Positions 20,671-31,180 of a stretch of DNA of 64,000 bases are shown piece by piece (position 1 is the stretch's first letter; each line of letters opens with the position of its first letter). Source of the stretch: an uncultured bacterium. GTDB lineage: Bacteria > Chloroflexota > UBA5177 > JANWHV01. The notes below the pieces were generated by a model. That model was not told the origin of the DNA. It saw nothing but the letters and a program-made list of their open reading frames with translations, and searched no databases. The stretch covers positions 96,001 through 160,000 of the forward strand of contig CAWHAE010000017.1 in NCBI GenBank assembly GCA_963827235.1, written 5' to 3'. The position numbers and the translations under genes are program-made.

Positions 20671-21681
20671 ATGGAGTTTCGCGATTACTATGCCGTGCTG
20701 GGCGTGCCCAAGACGGCCTCGGAAAAAGAGATCCGGTCCGCGTTCAGAAAGCTGGCGCGCCAGCATCATCCCGATGTGAACCCGGGCAACGACGCCGCCG
20801 AGGCGCGCTTCAAGCAGATCAACGAGGCGAACGAGGTCCTCTCCGATCGCAATAAGCGCGCCGTCTATGACGCGCTGGGACCTCGCTGGAAGGAATACGA
20901 GCAGTATCAGGCTGCCGGCGGCACTGCCACGCCTGCCGAATTCGCACAGGCGACGGCAGAGCCTGCCCGGGCCGAAAGCGGTCCCGGCCAGACCGCGCGC
21001 GCCGGGCGGGGCCGCACACAGCCGACCCCAGAGGACCTGCGGGACCTCTTCGGCCAGGACAGCCCATACTCCGACTTCTTCCAGTCGGTCTTCGGCGACA
21101 CCCATGCCGCCGGCGCCACCGGCAGGCAGGCGAAGGGCGCCGACGCCCAGGTGGAAGTAGGCGTAACCCTCGAAGAGGCGTTCCGCGGCACGACCAGGCA
21201 CCTGCAGTTCGTCGATCCCTCGGGCGCCACACGCACGATCGAAGCACGCGTACCGCCAGGCGTGCGCGAGGGGTCGAGCATCCGCCTGCGCGGACAGGGA
21301 GGTGGAGGCCAGCATGGAGGCCCGGCCGGCGACCTCTACCTCAAGGTCTCGGTGGAGGCACACCCCCGCTTCACGCGGGACGGCGACGACCTGCGCCGGG
21401 AAGAACCCGTGGATCTCTATACCTGCGTGCTCGGCGGTGAGATCTATCTCGAAACGATCAAGGGCACCAGGCTTTCGGTACGCATCCCCGCTGAAACGCA
21501 GAATGGGAAGGTCATCCGGCTCAAAGGACAGGGCATGCCCCATCTCAAGCATCCGGGAGTTACCGGCGATCTCTATATCGTCGTGAAGGTCGTGCTGCCC
21601 GTGCACCTCAGCCAGGAGGAGCGTGACGTGTTTGGCCGCCTGGCGAAGCTGCGGGCAAGCACGGTGGGAGGGCATGCCTGA
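20671..21681 (+). CDS. Class B J-domain co-chaperone (CbpA-like, no zinc finger)
   Basis: HPD J-domain, SDFF motif, DnaJ C-terminal domain, no CxxCxGxG repeats. Confidence 0.93.
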   Translation: MEFRDYYAVLGVPKTASEKEIRSAFRKLARQHHPDVNPGNDAAEARFKQINEANEVLSDRNKRAVYDALGPRWKEYEQYQAAGGTATPAEFAQATAEPARAESGPGQTARAGRGRTQPTPEDLRDLFGQDSPYSDFFQSVFGDTHAAGATGRQAKGADAQVEVGVTLEEAFRGTTRHLQFVDPSGATRTIEARVPPGVREGSSIRLRGQGGGGQHGGPAGDLYLKVSVEAHPRFTRDGDDLRREEPVDLYTCVLGGEIYLETIKGTRLSVRIPAETQNGKVIRLKGQGMPHLKHPGVTGDLYIVVKVVLPVHLSQEERDVFGRLAKLRASTVGGHA

Positions 21682-21956
21682 TGCCGCTCATCTACTATCG
21701 TGTCGAGGTTGTCCGCGAGCTGCTCGATCTCTCGCGCCCCCAGTTGCGCCGCTACCTGCAAGCCGGCCTGATCGCGGCCAGCGCCGAGCCCGAGAGGCCA
21801 GGCGGGCCGCGCCGCTTTACCGAGGAAGACGTGCGGCGCGCGCGGCGCATCCGGCGCCTCGAGCGGGACCTCGGCCTCAACCTTGCAGGGCTCGAGGTCG
21901 TGACGCGACTCGTCGATCAAATCGAGGCATTGCAGCGGCAGCTAGCTGAGCGTTAG
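21681..21956 (+). CDS. MerR-type HspR/CbpM-like protein
   Basis: RRFTEEDVRRARRIRRLERDLGLNLAGLEVV; coupled to the J-protein stop. Confidence 0.85.
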   Translation: MPLIYYRVEVVRELLDLSRPQLRRYLQAGLIAASAEPERPGGPRRFTEEDVRRARRIRRLERDLGLNLAGLEVVTRLVDQIEALQRQLAER

Positions 21957-22213
21957 CGGCGCCGCAGAACGGCCGGCTGCTTGCGCCGTTGGGCGAGTCG
22001 CCCTGTATTCGACGCCGGCAGTCAATGTCATCAATATCCTCATCAAAACAGACACAGTCTGGCGCATTCACATACTTATAATCTTAGGAAATTAAGACTA
22101 TACTGTAAGCGTGCTGATCCGGGATGCGACGTCGATGGACCAGCAGCCGGCACGAGGGAGTGTTGGCAAACGTGCGGCGGTGCCAGGCTGAGAAGGAAAC
22201 GACGGTCGACGAC

Positions 22214-23425
22214 ATGAGGCGCCTCAATCCAGAACATCCTGCTCGTGCGGTGTTTGGAGGCAAGCATTTGTCGCGAGTGCCAGTGCGACGGCTCGGGGCG
22301 ATCCTCGCCGGCCTCCTTCTGCTGTGGCCGGGGTTACCTGCGCGGGCCGCGCCCCGTGACACCGGCACGTCATTGTGGCGTGCCGGAGCGCTTCTTCCCG
22401 CCGCGGCCGACGGACTATCGGCAGTGCGTCTAGGCGACGGATCGATCGTGGTCGCCGGTGGCGAAGCAGCCAATGCCACGCATACCGGCATGGCCGCGCT
22501 GCTCTCGCCGGGAGCAGCGAGCTGGACGCGATTGCCGAATGCGCCAATCGACCTTGACACCCCCGCCGCGCTGGCCCTCAACCTTGAGTCGGTCATGGTC
22601 GTCGCACCATCCTACGCCAGCGGCATCCTGGCGGCGCCAAGCAAAGCGCTGCTGCTCGACGTGCTCCACCGCACCTGGACCGCGCTGCCCGATGTACCGG
22701 TACCGCTGCTCAGACCTGCTCTCTACCGGCTCGACACGACACGGGTCATTGCAGTGGGAGCGGTGGGCGACTCGGTGGGAGCAGTCTTTGATCTCAGTGC
22801 GGGGCGATGGACGGTGGTCGGCGCTCCGTTGCCCAGCCTTGCGGGCTACTCGACGGTCATGCTGCCCGGTCGAGGCATGATGATGCTGATCACGGTGGCC
22901 ATTGACGGCCACCTTCAGCCCTATCCCGTTCGGCGTGCCGTTCTCCTGAACAGCAGCCTCAACTGGGCGCCGCTGGCGCCGCCTCCGTTCACCGCCGACG
23001 GCGCGGCGGCGGTGCTGCTCGACGCGAACCGCGTCCTGTTTTCGGGCGGGCTTCCCATCGCGGGCGACCCCGGCGCGCAGGCGCCGCCGCCCCTGCTCTA
23101 CACTCCTTCGACCAATGCCTGGGTCGTCGCCGGCGGCACCGGTCAGAACCACCTGGGTGGCTCGCTGGTTGGGCTGGGCTTCGGACGCGCGCTCCTCGTC
23201 GGCGGTCACTCGGCATTGGGCGCACCGACGATGGAGTGCCTTCTGTTCGGCGGCCTGACCTGGGCTCCAGCCGCACCACTGCCCGGCCCATGGGCCGGCT
23301 TCGCCGTGGTCGCGGTCGACGACCGGCATGTTCTGCTCGTCGGCGGAGACCGGTCGGGACCGACCACGACGGGACCCGTGGCCGACACCGTTGAATGGTC
23401 GCTGGATGCGGCAACCGCGGCATAG
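22214..23425 (+). CDS. Secreted Kelch-repeat (beta-propeller) protein
   Basis: Signal-like hydrophobic N-terminus and repeated L..G..V.VAGG / W units; start uncertain. Confidence 0.75.
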   Translation: MRRLNPEHPARAVFGGKHLSRVPVRRLGAILAGLLLLWPGLPARAAPRDTGTSLWRAGALLPAAADGLSAVRLGDGSIVVAGGEAANATHTGMAALLSPGAASWTRLPNAPIDLDTPAALALNLESVMVVAPSYASGILAAPSKALLLDVLHRTWTALPDVPVPLLRPALYRLDTTRVIAVGAVGDSVGAVFDLSAGRWTVVGAPLPSLAGYSTVMLPGRGMMMLITVAIDGHLQPYPVRRAVLLNSSLNWAPLAPPPFTADGAAAVLLDANRVLFSGGLPIAGDPGAQAPPPLLYTPSTNAWVVAGGTGQNHLGGSLVGLGFGRALLVGGHSALGAPTMECLLFGGLTWAPAAPLPGPWAGFAVVAVDDRHVLLVGGDRSGPTTTGPVADTVEWSLDAATAA

Positions 23426-23673
23426 CGTGCTTCGTTTCTTGCCCAGGTCCTGATACCTCCGCCGGGAGATCAATAGCAAAGTGCGCACAGGTTCAGCTGG
23501 CGGCGGTATGCGGACTGGCCAGGGTGGGGATCACGCGCGATTGGCGCAGCATGAGTGCCGTCACGACGACCTGCCGGCCCTCGCATGCGGCAGCCCATGC
23601 GAATGCGCCGACGCTGCATTGATTTGAATATGTTAAGAGTAAATCCCCGCGATACCGCGAATTCATCTAGATA

Positions 23674-23727
23674 TAGTCGGAGTTAGCTCATGATAAGCTT
23701 GACTTTGGCCGCCAGGAAGCCCATAGT
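23674..23727 (+). promoter_or_regulatory. Island promoter P9
   Basis: TAGTCGGAG-TTAG-CTCATGATA, 3 nt, TTGACT, N17, CATAGT. Confidence 0.75.
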
Positions 23728-23790
23728 GGGATGCAGGCGGACTCGGCTCTGGCATGTCGAAGTACTGAGCACGCCGTTGGGAGGGAAAGC

Positions 23791-23991
23791 ATGGTGCTTC
23801 ACGGCCGCAAGGAACTCTTCTTCCTGGCCTGTACCGGAACCCTGCTGTGTGCAGTGCATGGCGTCCTCAATCTTGGCGACATCGAGCCGTTCCATGAGAG
23901 GCACATCGGCTTGGCTCTCGCCTTTTTCGTGCTGGCGGCGATCATGCTGGTGGGGGCGAGCATGGCCCGTCTGTCGCAAGTCCGGACCTGA
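23791..23991 (+). CDS. Small two-TM membrane protein
   Basis: GGAGG RBS, two hydrophobic segments, directly after P9. Confidence 0.6.
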   Translation: MVLHGRKELFFLACTGTLLCAVHGVLNLGDIEPFHERHIGLALAFFVLAAIMLVGASMARLSQVRT

Positions 23992-24298
23992 GGTCATCGC
24001 TTGCGTTGCGGGCACAGATGGCTGGCGCACGCATCGGCCTGCATGAATGCCAGAACAAGTGCGAACGTGCCTTGGGGCCAGGAGAGAGTCGAGGTGCAGC
24101 CGGCAGGGCTGCAGGGATTCGGAACCGGGCTGGTATGGTAACACGCGAAGTCGAACCCCGCTGGCGGGATGCTCGCAGGAGTGGCACGGCGCCTTCGCAG
24201 CACTCCGTACCGGCCGTAGCCATCTTCGCAATCATCTCCATTGTTCGCCCCCTGTGCGGAGTGCGGTTGACAGATTGCAGCCGCGGAAGGAGTCGACC

Positions 24299-27200
24299 GT
24301 GAACCGTATACGCGTGCTCATCACGTTGTTCGTCATGCTGGGCCTGCTTACCTCCGTGGCAGGTAAGCCGGTCAGTCCGAATGCACACGCTACCGCACCG
24401 CCGGCGCTCGCGGTCTCGCCCAACGCTCTAGTTGCCGGCACTACCAGCAGTCTCACCGTGCACGGCAGCAGCTTCACCCCCAATAGCCGGGTGACCCTGC
24501 ACTATGACACCGGAAAGACCCTGAGCATCGCGACCGCGGCAGCCGACGGTACCTTTACAGCGACCGTGACGATCGCCGCCGCCGCCGTGCCGTACAGCGC
24601 GATCGGTCAGCACCGGCTGCAGGCGACCGATGCCGCGGGCCTCGGCGCGTCCGCGCCTCTGGCAATCGTGGGCCTGCGCATCTCCACGCCGATGGCACCG
24701 CCGGAAGCACAGATCACAATCGGCGGCGCGGGCTTCCTACCCAACCAGCCGATCGTGGTTCACCTGGGCGACCAGGTCGTGTTGACCGGCAGAACAGATC
24801 GGTCCGGGGGATTCGCCGACAGGCCGATCACCATCCCGGCTGGGTTGGCCGGTACACTGCCGCTGGAGGTGGACAGCGAGCCGGCACGCACGGCATCGGG
24901 GGCTGCAGGCGGGCTGACGGCTCGCATCACCTTCGCGGTCACCCGTGCCACCCTGACGCTCGATCCTACAGTGGTCTCCGCCGGCAAGGCCATTGCCGTC
25001 CGTGGCAGCGGATTTGCCGCACATGCCGCGCTCCGGCTGGCCCTCGGCTCGCTCCCCCTCGGCGCCGTGAGCACTGAAGCCAGCGGTGCCTTTGGGCCGG
25101 CATCCTTTATCGTCCCGGCCACCATCGCCGCGGGCCGGCACACGGTCGGGATCACCGACCGCGGTGGACACACGCTGGCCAGTGCCGTCGTGACGGTGCA
25201 AGCCGCCATCCATGCGGCAGCGGCCACGCCCAGGCCCACCGAGACTGTCGCTGCCACGGCATCCGGTACCGCGTCGCCGATCGCCACGCACACGGCGGCA
25301 CCGTCCGCGACGCGTACGCCGATGCCGGTGGCGACTCTCACGAAGGTACCGACTGCCTCGCCGACCCATACCGCTGTATCGACCGCTACTGTGACGCACA
25401 CGGCAGTACCTTCCGCGACACATACGCCGGTGCCGGTGGCGACCCGCACTGCCGTACCGACCCCCTCGCCGACCCTGGTGCCGGCCACCATCGCGGTGAC
25501 TCCAGGCATGGTGCCGGCCGGCGGTACCGTCAGGCTCAGCGGCGCGCGCTACCAACCCGGCGAACCGATCGATATCCAGCTTGGCGCCTCGACGGGCGCC
25601 GGTGTTCTCCACCTGGCATATGCAACTGCGAACAGCGCTGGCAACTTTCAATTGAGCGGAGTGACCATTCCAGCTACCACGCCCGCCGGAGTCTATCAGA
25701 TCGCGGCAATCGGCCTGCGCAGTACCCGCAGCGCTCGGGCCTCGCTCCAGGTCAGCGTGCCGCAGGCGACGCTCAGGGTGCAGCCCACCACGTTCGCGCC
25801 CCAGGCCAACATCCAGGTCGCCGGCACCAACTTCCTGCCCGGCGAGCCCGTGAGCCTCATCCTGAGCACCCATGCCGGCACCGCCGCGGTGGTGCTCGGC
25901 CAGGTCGTGGCCAATGGCACAGGCGCCTTCGGTTTCATCACGTTGCACGTGCCCTTCGGCGTGCCTGCCGGCTCACTGCAGGTGGTGGCCAGCGGGCTGC
26001 GCTCGAATCGCCAGGTGGTCGTCGCCGTCACGGTGCAGGCGCGGGAGCCTGTACTCGCCAGCTCGGCTGCCGACCTCAAGCCGACCGAGCGGCTAACGCT
26101 CACCGGCAGCCACTTCCAGCCGGGGGAGATAGTGACCGTCGATTTGGTGGCACTCTCCTTCGACACCCGCCTGGGCGCCATCCAGGTCTCCAGCGCCGGT
26201 ACCTTCACCCTCGCCAACGTCGCCGTTCCACCGAACACTCCACAGGGCAGCGCGAGCCTCGTGGCTACCGGCATCAGCAGCCACTTGAGCGCCGCGGTGC
26301 AAGTCCGCGTGGGCGCGCTGCCTGCCACCCTGACGGTTGCTCCCACCAGACTGACTGCCGGCGCCTCCCTGAGTCTGGCCGCTCGGGGCTTCATCGCAGG
26401 CGAGACCCTCGTGGTGCAGTTGGTCGGCGGTCCGCTCCGCCTGACCCTGGCGAGCGCGGTTGCCGGCACCACTGGGACACTGGCTCTCGCCAGGCTCACC
26501 ATCCCGGCCTTCGTGCCCGCCGGCGCCTACACGCTCGTCGCCTCCGGTCAGACCAGCGGGCGCTCGACGTCGACCAGGCTCACCGTTCTTGCGCCTCCGC
26601 CCTCCGCCCCGATTCTCAGCATTCTCTCGCCGGCGAGCGGCAGGCCCGTCCGGCTCAGCCCCGGTAGCCTGGTGCAGCTCGCCGGGAGTCACTTCCCGGG
26701 GAACGCCAGAGTCGCCATGGTGCTGGCCGGGGGCGGCAGGAGCATCAGCCTTGGCGTGGTGCGGATCGCTGGATCCGGCACCTTCGGACCGGTGGGGCTG
26801 ACAATACCGGCAAACACCCCGGCTGGACCGTACAACCTGGGGGCACAGATCGGCGGCCATACCGTCGCCGACGTCGCGGTGCAGATGGCCAGGCTGAGTC
26901 CCACACTGGTCGTGGCCCCCGCCACGGTGAAACCGGGTACGACTGTAATCATCCGCGGCAGCGGCTTCGCTCTGGGTGAGCAGGTGGTACTGGCGCTCAA
27001 CGGGGCGGCGCTGGCGACCGTGCCGACCACGGTGTTGGCTAACGGCAGCGGCGGCTTCCTGGTGACCGCGGTGGTGCCTGGCACGGTGAATGACGGTTCC
27101 AACATCCTCACCGCCGTCGGGGTGAGCAGCCGCGCCGGCGGGGCGGTGACCCTACAGGGCACACTGCCGGTAGCAAGCCGCTGGTACCTGCCGGATGGCG

Positions 27201-28423
27201 ACACCACCGGCGACCATCGCACCGTCCTGGCTCTCCTCAATCCGAGCGATGGCACGGCCAAGGTTACGCTGACCTTCCTCTACCAGAACGCCCCGGAGCG
27301 GCATGCCGCGCTGCAGGTAGCGGCTCATGCCCGGGCTTCGGTGGATCTCGCCCTGGTGGCGGGAGCCGGCCGGATCATTTCCACGATCGTGGAGGCCGAT
27401 CGCCAGATCGGCGCCGACAGTACGATCAGCTACGGTGACGGCGATACGAGCACCGCGATCGGCGCCTCTGCGCCGGCCACTCGCTGGTATCTGGCGGAGG
27501 GTTTCACAGGCAATAGCTTCCACGAGTCGCTAGCGATCATGAATCCCAATACCAGCTACGCGATTGTCGACGTGCGCTTCCTGCCCTTCAACGGGCGGCC
27601 ACCGCGGGAGGTGCGCTACTTGGTGTTGCCGCGCGCCAACATCCAGATTGACGTGGGCCAGTACATGCCGGGCCTATCGGTCAGCGCCATCGTGACCGCC
27701 GACAAGGGTGTGGTGGTCGAGCGCAGCATGCGCTTTGGTGTGGGCCGGCGCGGCGCGCACGACCAGGTCGGGGTGACCAGCGCTTCCACTGTCTGGCTCT
27801 TCGCCCAGGGCGATACCAGCTCCGGCCGGCAGACCTTCCTGACCATCCTGAACCCGAACCAGGCCACGCTCGCAGCGGTGACCGCGACCTTCTTCGGCAC
27901 AAATGGCCGCCCGGTTGGCGCCGCGACCATCGTGGTCGACCCGCTGCGGCGCGGCAATATCAAGGTCAACGATGTGCTTCCGAATGCGGCCGCGGCGGTG
28001 GTCGTCACCAGCAATGTGCCGGTGGTAGTCGAGAGTCCGCAGTACGAGGGTCCGGCCGACCTGAACCGGGCTCTGTCGGGCACCGACGTCTTCGGCGAGA
28101 ACGGCGGCGCTACATCCTGGCTGTTCCCCGGGGGCAGCATCGGCACCGGCAGTCAGGAGCTGCTGTACGTGTTCAACCCCGGTCTCAAGCCGGTGCAGAT
28201 CCGCATCACCCTGTATGCCGCTACCGGCGCCTCCGTGCAGCGCACCTTCGCAGTCGCGGCGAACAGCCGCGGCAGCCTGGACCTTTCCAGCATCGGTGGT
28301 CTGCCCGCCGGCCCGGTCGGTGTCCGGCTTCAGAGCACCAACGGGCAAGTATTCGTCGCCGAGCGTGGCGAGATGAACCACGCGCTTCGGACTGCCAGCA
28401 GCAGCCAGGGCATCGCCCGGTAG
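24299..28423 (+). CDS. Large secreted surface protein: Ig/IPT-like repeats, Pro/Thr linker, C-terminal WYLAEG-type repeats
   Basis: AAGGAG RBS + GTG, signal peptide, ~8 G.GF.PGE repeats, RWYLPDG/RWYLAEG/VWLFAQG/SWLFPGG repeats. Confidence 0.85.
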   Translation: MNRIRVLITLFVMLGLLTSVAGKPVSPNAHATAPPALAVSPNALVAGTTSSLTVHGSSFTPNSRVTLHYDTGKTLSIATAAADGTFTATVTIAAAAVPYSAIGQHRLQATDAAGLGASAPLAIVGLRISTPMAPPEAQITIGGAGFLPNQPIVVHLGDQVVLTGRTDRSGGFADRPITIPAGLAGTLPLEVDSEPARTASGAAGGLTARITFAVTRATLTLDPTVVSAGKAIAVRGSGFAAHAALRLALGSLPLGAVSTEASGAFGPASFIVPATIAAGRHTVGITDRGGHTLASAVVTVQAAIHAAAATPRPTETVAATASGTASPIATHTAAPSATRTPMPVATLTKVPTASPTHTAVSTATVTHTAVPSATHTPVPVATRTAVPTPSPTLVPATIAVTPGMVPAGGTVRLSGARYQPGEPIDIQLGASTGAGVLHLAYATANSAGNFQLSGVTIPATTPAGVYQIAAIGLRSTRSARASLQVSVPQATLRVQPTTFAPQANIQVAGTNFLPGEPVSLILSTHAGTAAVVLGQVVANGTGAFGFITLHVPFGVPAGSLQVVASGLRSNRQVVVAVTVQAREPVLASSAADLKPTERLTLTGSHFQPGEIVTVDLVALSFDTRLGAIQVSSAGTFTLANVAVPPNTPQGSASLVATGISSHLSAAVQVRVGALPATLTVAPTRLTAGASLSLAARGFIAGETLVVQLVGGPLRLTLASAVAGTTGTLALARLTIPAFVPAGAYTLVASGQTSGRSTSTRLTVLAPPPSAPILSILSPASGRPVRLSPGSLVQLAGSHFPGNARVAMVLAGGGRSISLGVVRIAGSGTFGPVGLTIPANTPAGPYNLGAQIGGHTVADVAVQMARLSPTLVVAPATVKPGTTVIIRGSGFALGEQVVLALNGAALATVPTTVLANGSGGFLVTAVVPGTVNDGSNILTAVGVSSRAGGAVTLQGTLPVASRWYLPDGDTTGDHRTVLALLNPSDGTAKVTLTFLYQNAPERHAALQVAAHARASVDLALVAGAGRIISTIVEADRQIGADSTISYGDGDTSTAIGASAPATRWYLAEGFTGNSFHESLAIMNPNTSYAIVDVRFLPFNGRPPREVRYLVLPRANIQIDVGQYMPGLSVSAIVTADKGVVVERSMRFGVGRRGAHDQVGVTSASTVWLFAQGDTSSGRQTFLTILNPNQATLAAVTATFFGTNGRPVGAATIVVDPLRRGNIKVNDVLPNAAAAVVVTSNVPVVVESPQYEGPADLNRALSGTDVFGENGGATSWLFPGGSIGTGSQELLYVFNPGLKPVQIRITLYAATGASVQRTFAVAANSRGSLDLSSIGGLPAGPVGVRLQSTNGQVFVAERGEMNHALRTASSSQGIAR
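25226..25483 (+). repeat. Pro/Thr-rich linker with internal duplication
   Basis: THTAAPSATRTPMPVAT..VPT.SPT repeated as THTAVPSATHTPVPVAT..VPT.SPT. Confidence 0.8.
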
Positions 28424-28633
28424 GCTGCCTGCGGGAGAAGCAGCTTGAGGGCCGCCGCGATACTCAGCGCGACGGCCCTTCTGCCTGTAGTGAGCGCTTC
28501 GCCGCGGAGTCGAGGCCGCGCGCAGGTTGAGCCTCGATGTAGTGGCGGTGAGAGTCAACCTGCGTCAACGCCTCTCCATGTCGGTCCACGCTGGCAGCGC
28601 CGGACGCAGCCCCTACCACCTACCGACCGACGA

Positions 28634-31180
28634 TCAACGCTGCCACAGGATGCGAGCGGATTCCAAGGGAACGGCAACGCCGTCGTAGAGCGGTATCACG
28701 CGCGCTGTATAATCCCCCGGTGGACGGGCCGCGGGTACAGACGCGCTGTACAGGTGGCCGCCCGGCACGCCGTCCAGTTGGCCGACGCGCCGCATCTCGT
28801 GCCGCACGGGAGCACTTCCGCCGACGCCGTCGCAATACAGCTCTACTCGCACTGCCTTCGGATCCAGCTCATGCAGATAGACCTCAACCTCAAAGTCATG
28901 CTGCTGCCCGCTGGTCGAAGCTTTCACGTTACCGAAGCGCAACATGGGCCAAGCCTTATCCAGAGCATACTGCCAGTCGACCACACGCCTGCCCACAGCG
29001 CCGTTGTCTGCCGCACGCGCACGGTAGCTTGCCGCGGCCGGGAGGTAATGCTGCTCGGTATAGTCGCGTTCACATCGACTTGCGGCAAAGAGCGGCGTCA
29101 GGCGCGTCATGCTTTCGCGCATCCGCGCAACCCAGGCGGCAGGAATGCCCTGGGCGTCGCGGGCATAGAACTCCGGAATCACCTCGCGCTCGAGCAGGTC
29201 ATACAGGGCTTCCGCTTCGGCCGCGTCCGACGCCGGATCGTCACCATGTTCCCGGCCATCGCCGAGCGCCCAGCCAACCTCAGGCGAATAGGCTTCCGCC
29301 CACCAGCCGTCGAGCACCGACAGATTGATACCGCCATTGACGAGCACTTTCATGCCGCTCGTCCCGCACGCTTCCCAGGGCCGGCGCGGCGTGTTGATCC
29401 AGACGTCTACGCCCTGTACAAGGCGCTCCGTCAGCAGCATGTCGTAATCACTCAGGAAGATCGCGTGAGGGCGTACGTCAGGTTGCCGGATGAACTGTAT
29501 CCACGCCTTGATGAGGTCCTGGCCCGCCTGGTCCGCTGGATGTGCCTTTCCGGCGATGATCAGCTGCACCGGACGCTGGGCATTGGTCAAGAGACGAAGC
29601 AGCCTCTGAGGGTCATGCAGGAGCAAGTCGGGTCGCTTGTAGGTCGCGAAGCGGCGCGCAAAGCCGAGCGTGAGGATGTTGGGACTGAAGAGACGCCTCG
29701 CGGCTTCGACCTCTTCGGGAGGAGCGCCGGCCGCGGTAAGGTCCAGAACCAGCCGTTCGCGGGCATAGTCCACGAGTGCCCTGCTCGCGGCCGTGCGAAA
29801 GCGCCAGAGCTGGGCATCGGAGACCCGGTGAATGTTCTGCTCCAAAGGTTGCGCGGTTCCCAGCCAGCGGTCCTTGCCACAGCTTTCCGTCCACAAATCG
29901 TCGGCAGGAGCCGAATCCCAGGTGGGCACGTGCACCCCGTTGGTCACGTGCCCGATCGGGACATCGTCCTCCGGCCAGCGGGGATACAGTGGCAGAAAGA
30001 GTCTCCGACTTACTGCCCCGTGCAAGCGGCTTACCCCGTTCACTGCCCCGCTGCCGCGGATTGCCAGATACGCCATGTTGAACTGCTCCAATGAGTCGGT
30101 CGCACTCTGGCGGCCGAGAGCCAGCAGGGCATCGAGTGCAATGCCAAGCTTCTCTTCGGCATAGCCGCCAAGGTATTGCTCGATGAGGGCGGGACTAAAG
30201 CGGTCGAAGCCAGCGGCCACTGCCGTATGCGTGGTGAAGAGATTGCCGGCTCGTGTGACCGCCAGCGCGACGTCGAACGGCTGTCCCGTCTCGTCCATGA
30301 AGTCGCGGGCACGTTCCAGGATAGCGAACGCCGCGTGCCCTTCATTGAGATGGCAGACCTCCGGTCGGAGCCCGAGGGCGCGGAGCAACCGCCAGCCGCC
30401 GATGCCGAGGAGCATCTCCTGTTTGAGGCGCAGCTCCGGCCCGCCGCCATAGAGCTCGCTGGTGATGCCCCGATGAGTGGGATAATTCGCCGCATCGTTG
30501 CTGTCCAGCAGGTAGAGCTTTATCCTGCCAACCTGGACCTGCCAGGCACGCAGCCAGACTGAGTAGCCGGGCAACGCGATCTCCAGGCGCAACCACTCCC
30601 CATCTGGTTGACGCAACGGTGTAATCGGCAGCTGTCCGGGGTCGTTGTACGGGAAGAGGGCCTGTTGCGCTCCATCCTTGTCGATCATCTGGCGGAAATA
30701 GCCCTGTTGGTAAAGCAATCCCACGCCAACTACCGGCACACCCAGATCGCTGGCCGCCTTGAGCTGATCGCCAGCCACGTTACCTAGCCCACCGGAGTAG
30801 ATGGGCAGCGCTTCGCTCAGCATGAACTCCATGCTGAAATACGCGACGCAGGTCAGGAGGTTCTCCGCGTGATTCTGCTGAAACCACGCGGGTGTTGCCG
30901 CTGCCTGGCGGCTGGCTGCGACCAGGCCGTCGACGTTCTTGCGGAAATCGGGATCGGTGAGCACGCGCTCGATCCGGTCGCGCGACACCGCCTGCAGCAC
31001 GACCCAGGGGTTATGCGTGATCTCCCACAGATCGGGATCGAGCTGCCGCCACACGTCGTCGGTGGCATGATTCCACGACCAATGCATGTCCAGGGCGAGC
31101 TCCGCCAGGGAATCGAACCCCTCGATTTCGGTGGGAAGCAGGTTGTAGATCGGGTGGCTGACACGGGATTGTTTGCTCAC
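28634..31180 (-). CDS. glgP: Alpha-glucan (glycogen) phosphorylase
   Basis: YFSMEF, YSGGLG, HLNEGH, FARRFATYKR, PWEACGTSGMK PLP site. Confidence 0.97.
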   Translation of the reverse strand: MSKQSRVSHPIYNLLPTEIEGFDSLAELALDMHWSWNHATDDVWRQLDPDLWEITHNPWVVLQAVSRDRIERVLTDPDFRKNVDGLVAASRQAAATPAWFQQNHAENLLTCVAYFSMEFMLSEALPIYSGGLGNVAGDQLKAASDLGVPVVGVGLLYQQGYFRQMIDKDGAQQALFPYNDPGQLPITPLRQPDGEWLRLEIALPGYSVWLRAWQVQVGRIKLYLLDSNDAANYPTHRGITSELYGGGPELRLKQEMLLGIGGWRLLRALGLRPEVCHLNEGHAAFAILERARDFMDETGQPFDVALAVTRAGNLFTTHTAVAAGFDRFSPALIEQYLGGYAEEKLGIALDALLALGRQSATDSLEQFNMAYLAIRGSGAVNGVSRLHGAVSRRLFLPLYPRWPEDDVPIGHVTNGVHVPTWDSAPADDLWTESCGKDRWLGTAQPLEQNIHRVSDAQLWRFRTAASRALVDYARERLVLDLTAAGAPPEEVEAARRLFSPNILTLGFARRFATYKRPDLLLHDPQRLLRLLTNAQRPVQLIIAGKAHPADQAGQDLIKAWIQFIRQPDVRPHAIFLSDYDMLLTERLVQGVDVWINTPRRPWEACGTSGMKVLVNGGINLSVLDGWWAEAYSPEVGWALGDGREHGDDPASDAAEAEALYDLLEREVIPEFYARDAQGIPAAWVARMRESMTRLTPLFAASRCERDYTEQHYLPAAASYRARAADNGAVGRRVVDWQYALDKAWPMLRFGNVKASTSGQQHDFEVEVYLHELDPKAVRVELYCDGVGGSAPVRHEMRRVGQLDGVPGGHLYSASVPAARPPGDYTARVIPLYDGVAVPLESARILWQR

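Noticed and set aside
19333-21675. 780-aa antisense ORF over dnaK/dnaJ
   Set aside because: Shadow ORF from high-GC codon bias; long antisense frames on dnaK are a well-known artefact.
22020-22050. AGTCAA followed by CATCAATATCCTCATC, like a minus-strand island promoter
   Set aside because: No -10 at 17 bp, the box is out of register and it points antisense into the chaperone operon; at most a decayed copy.
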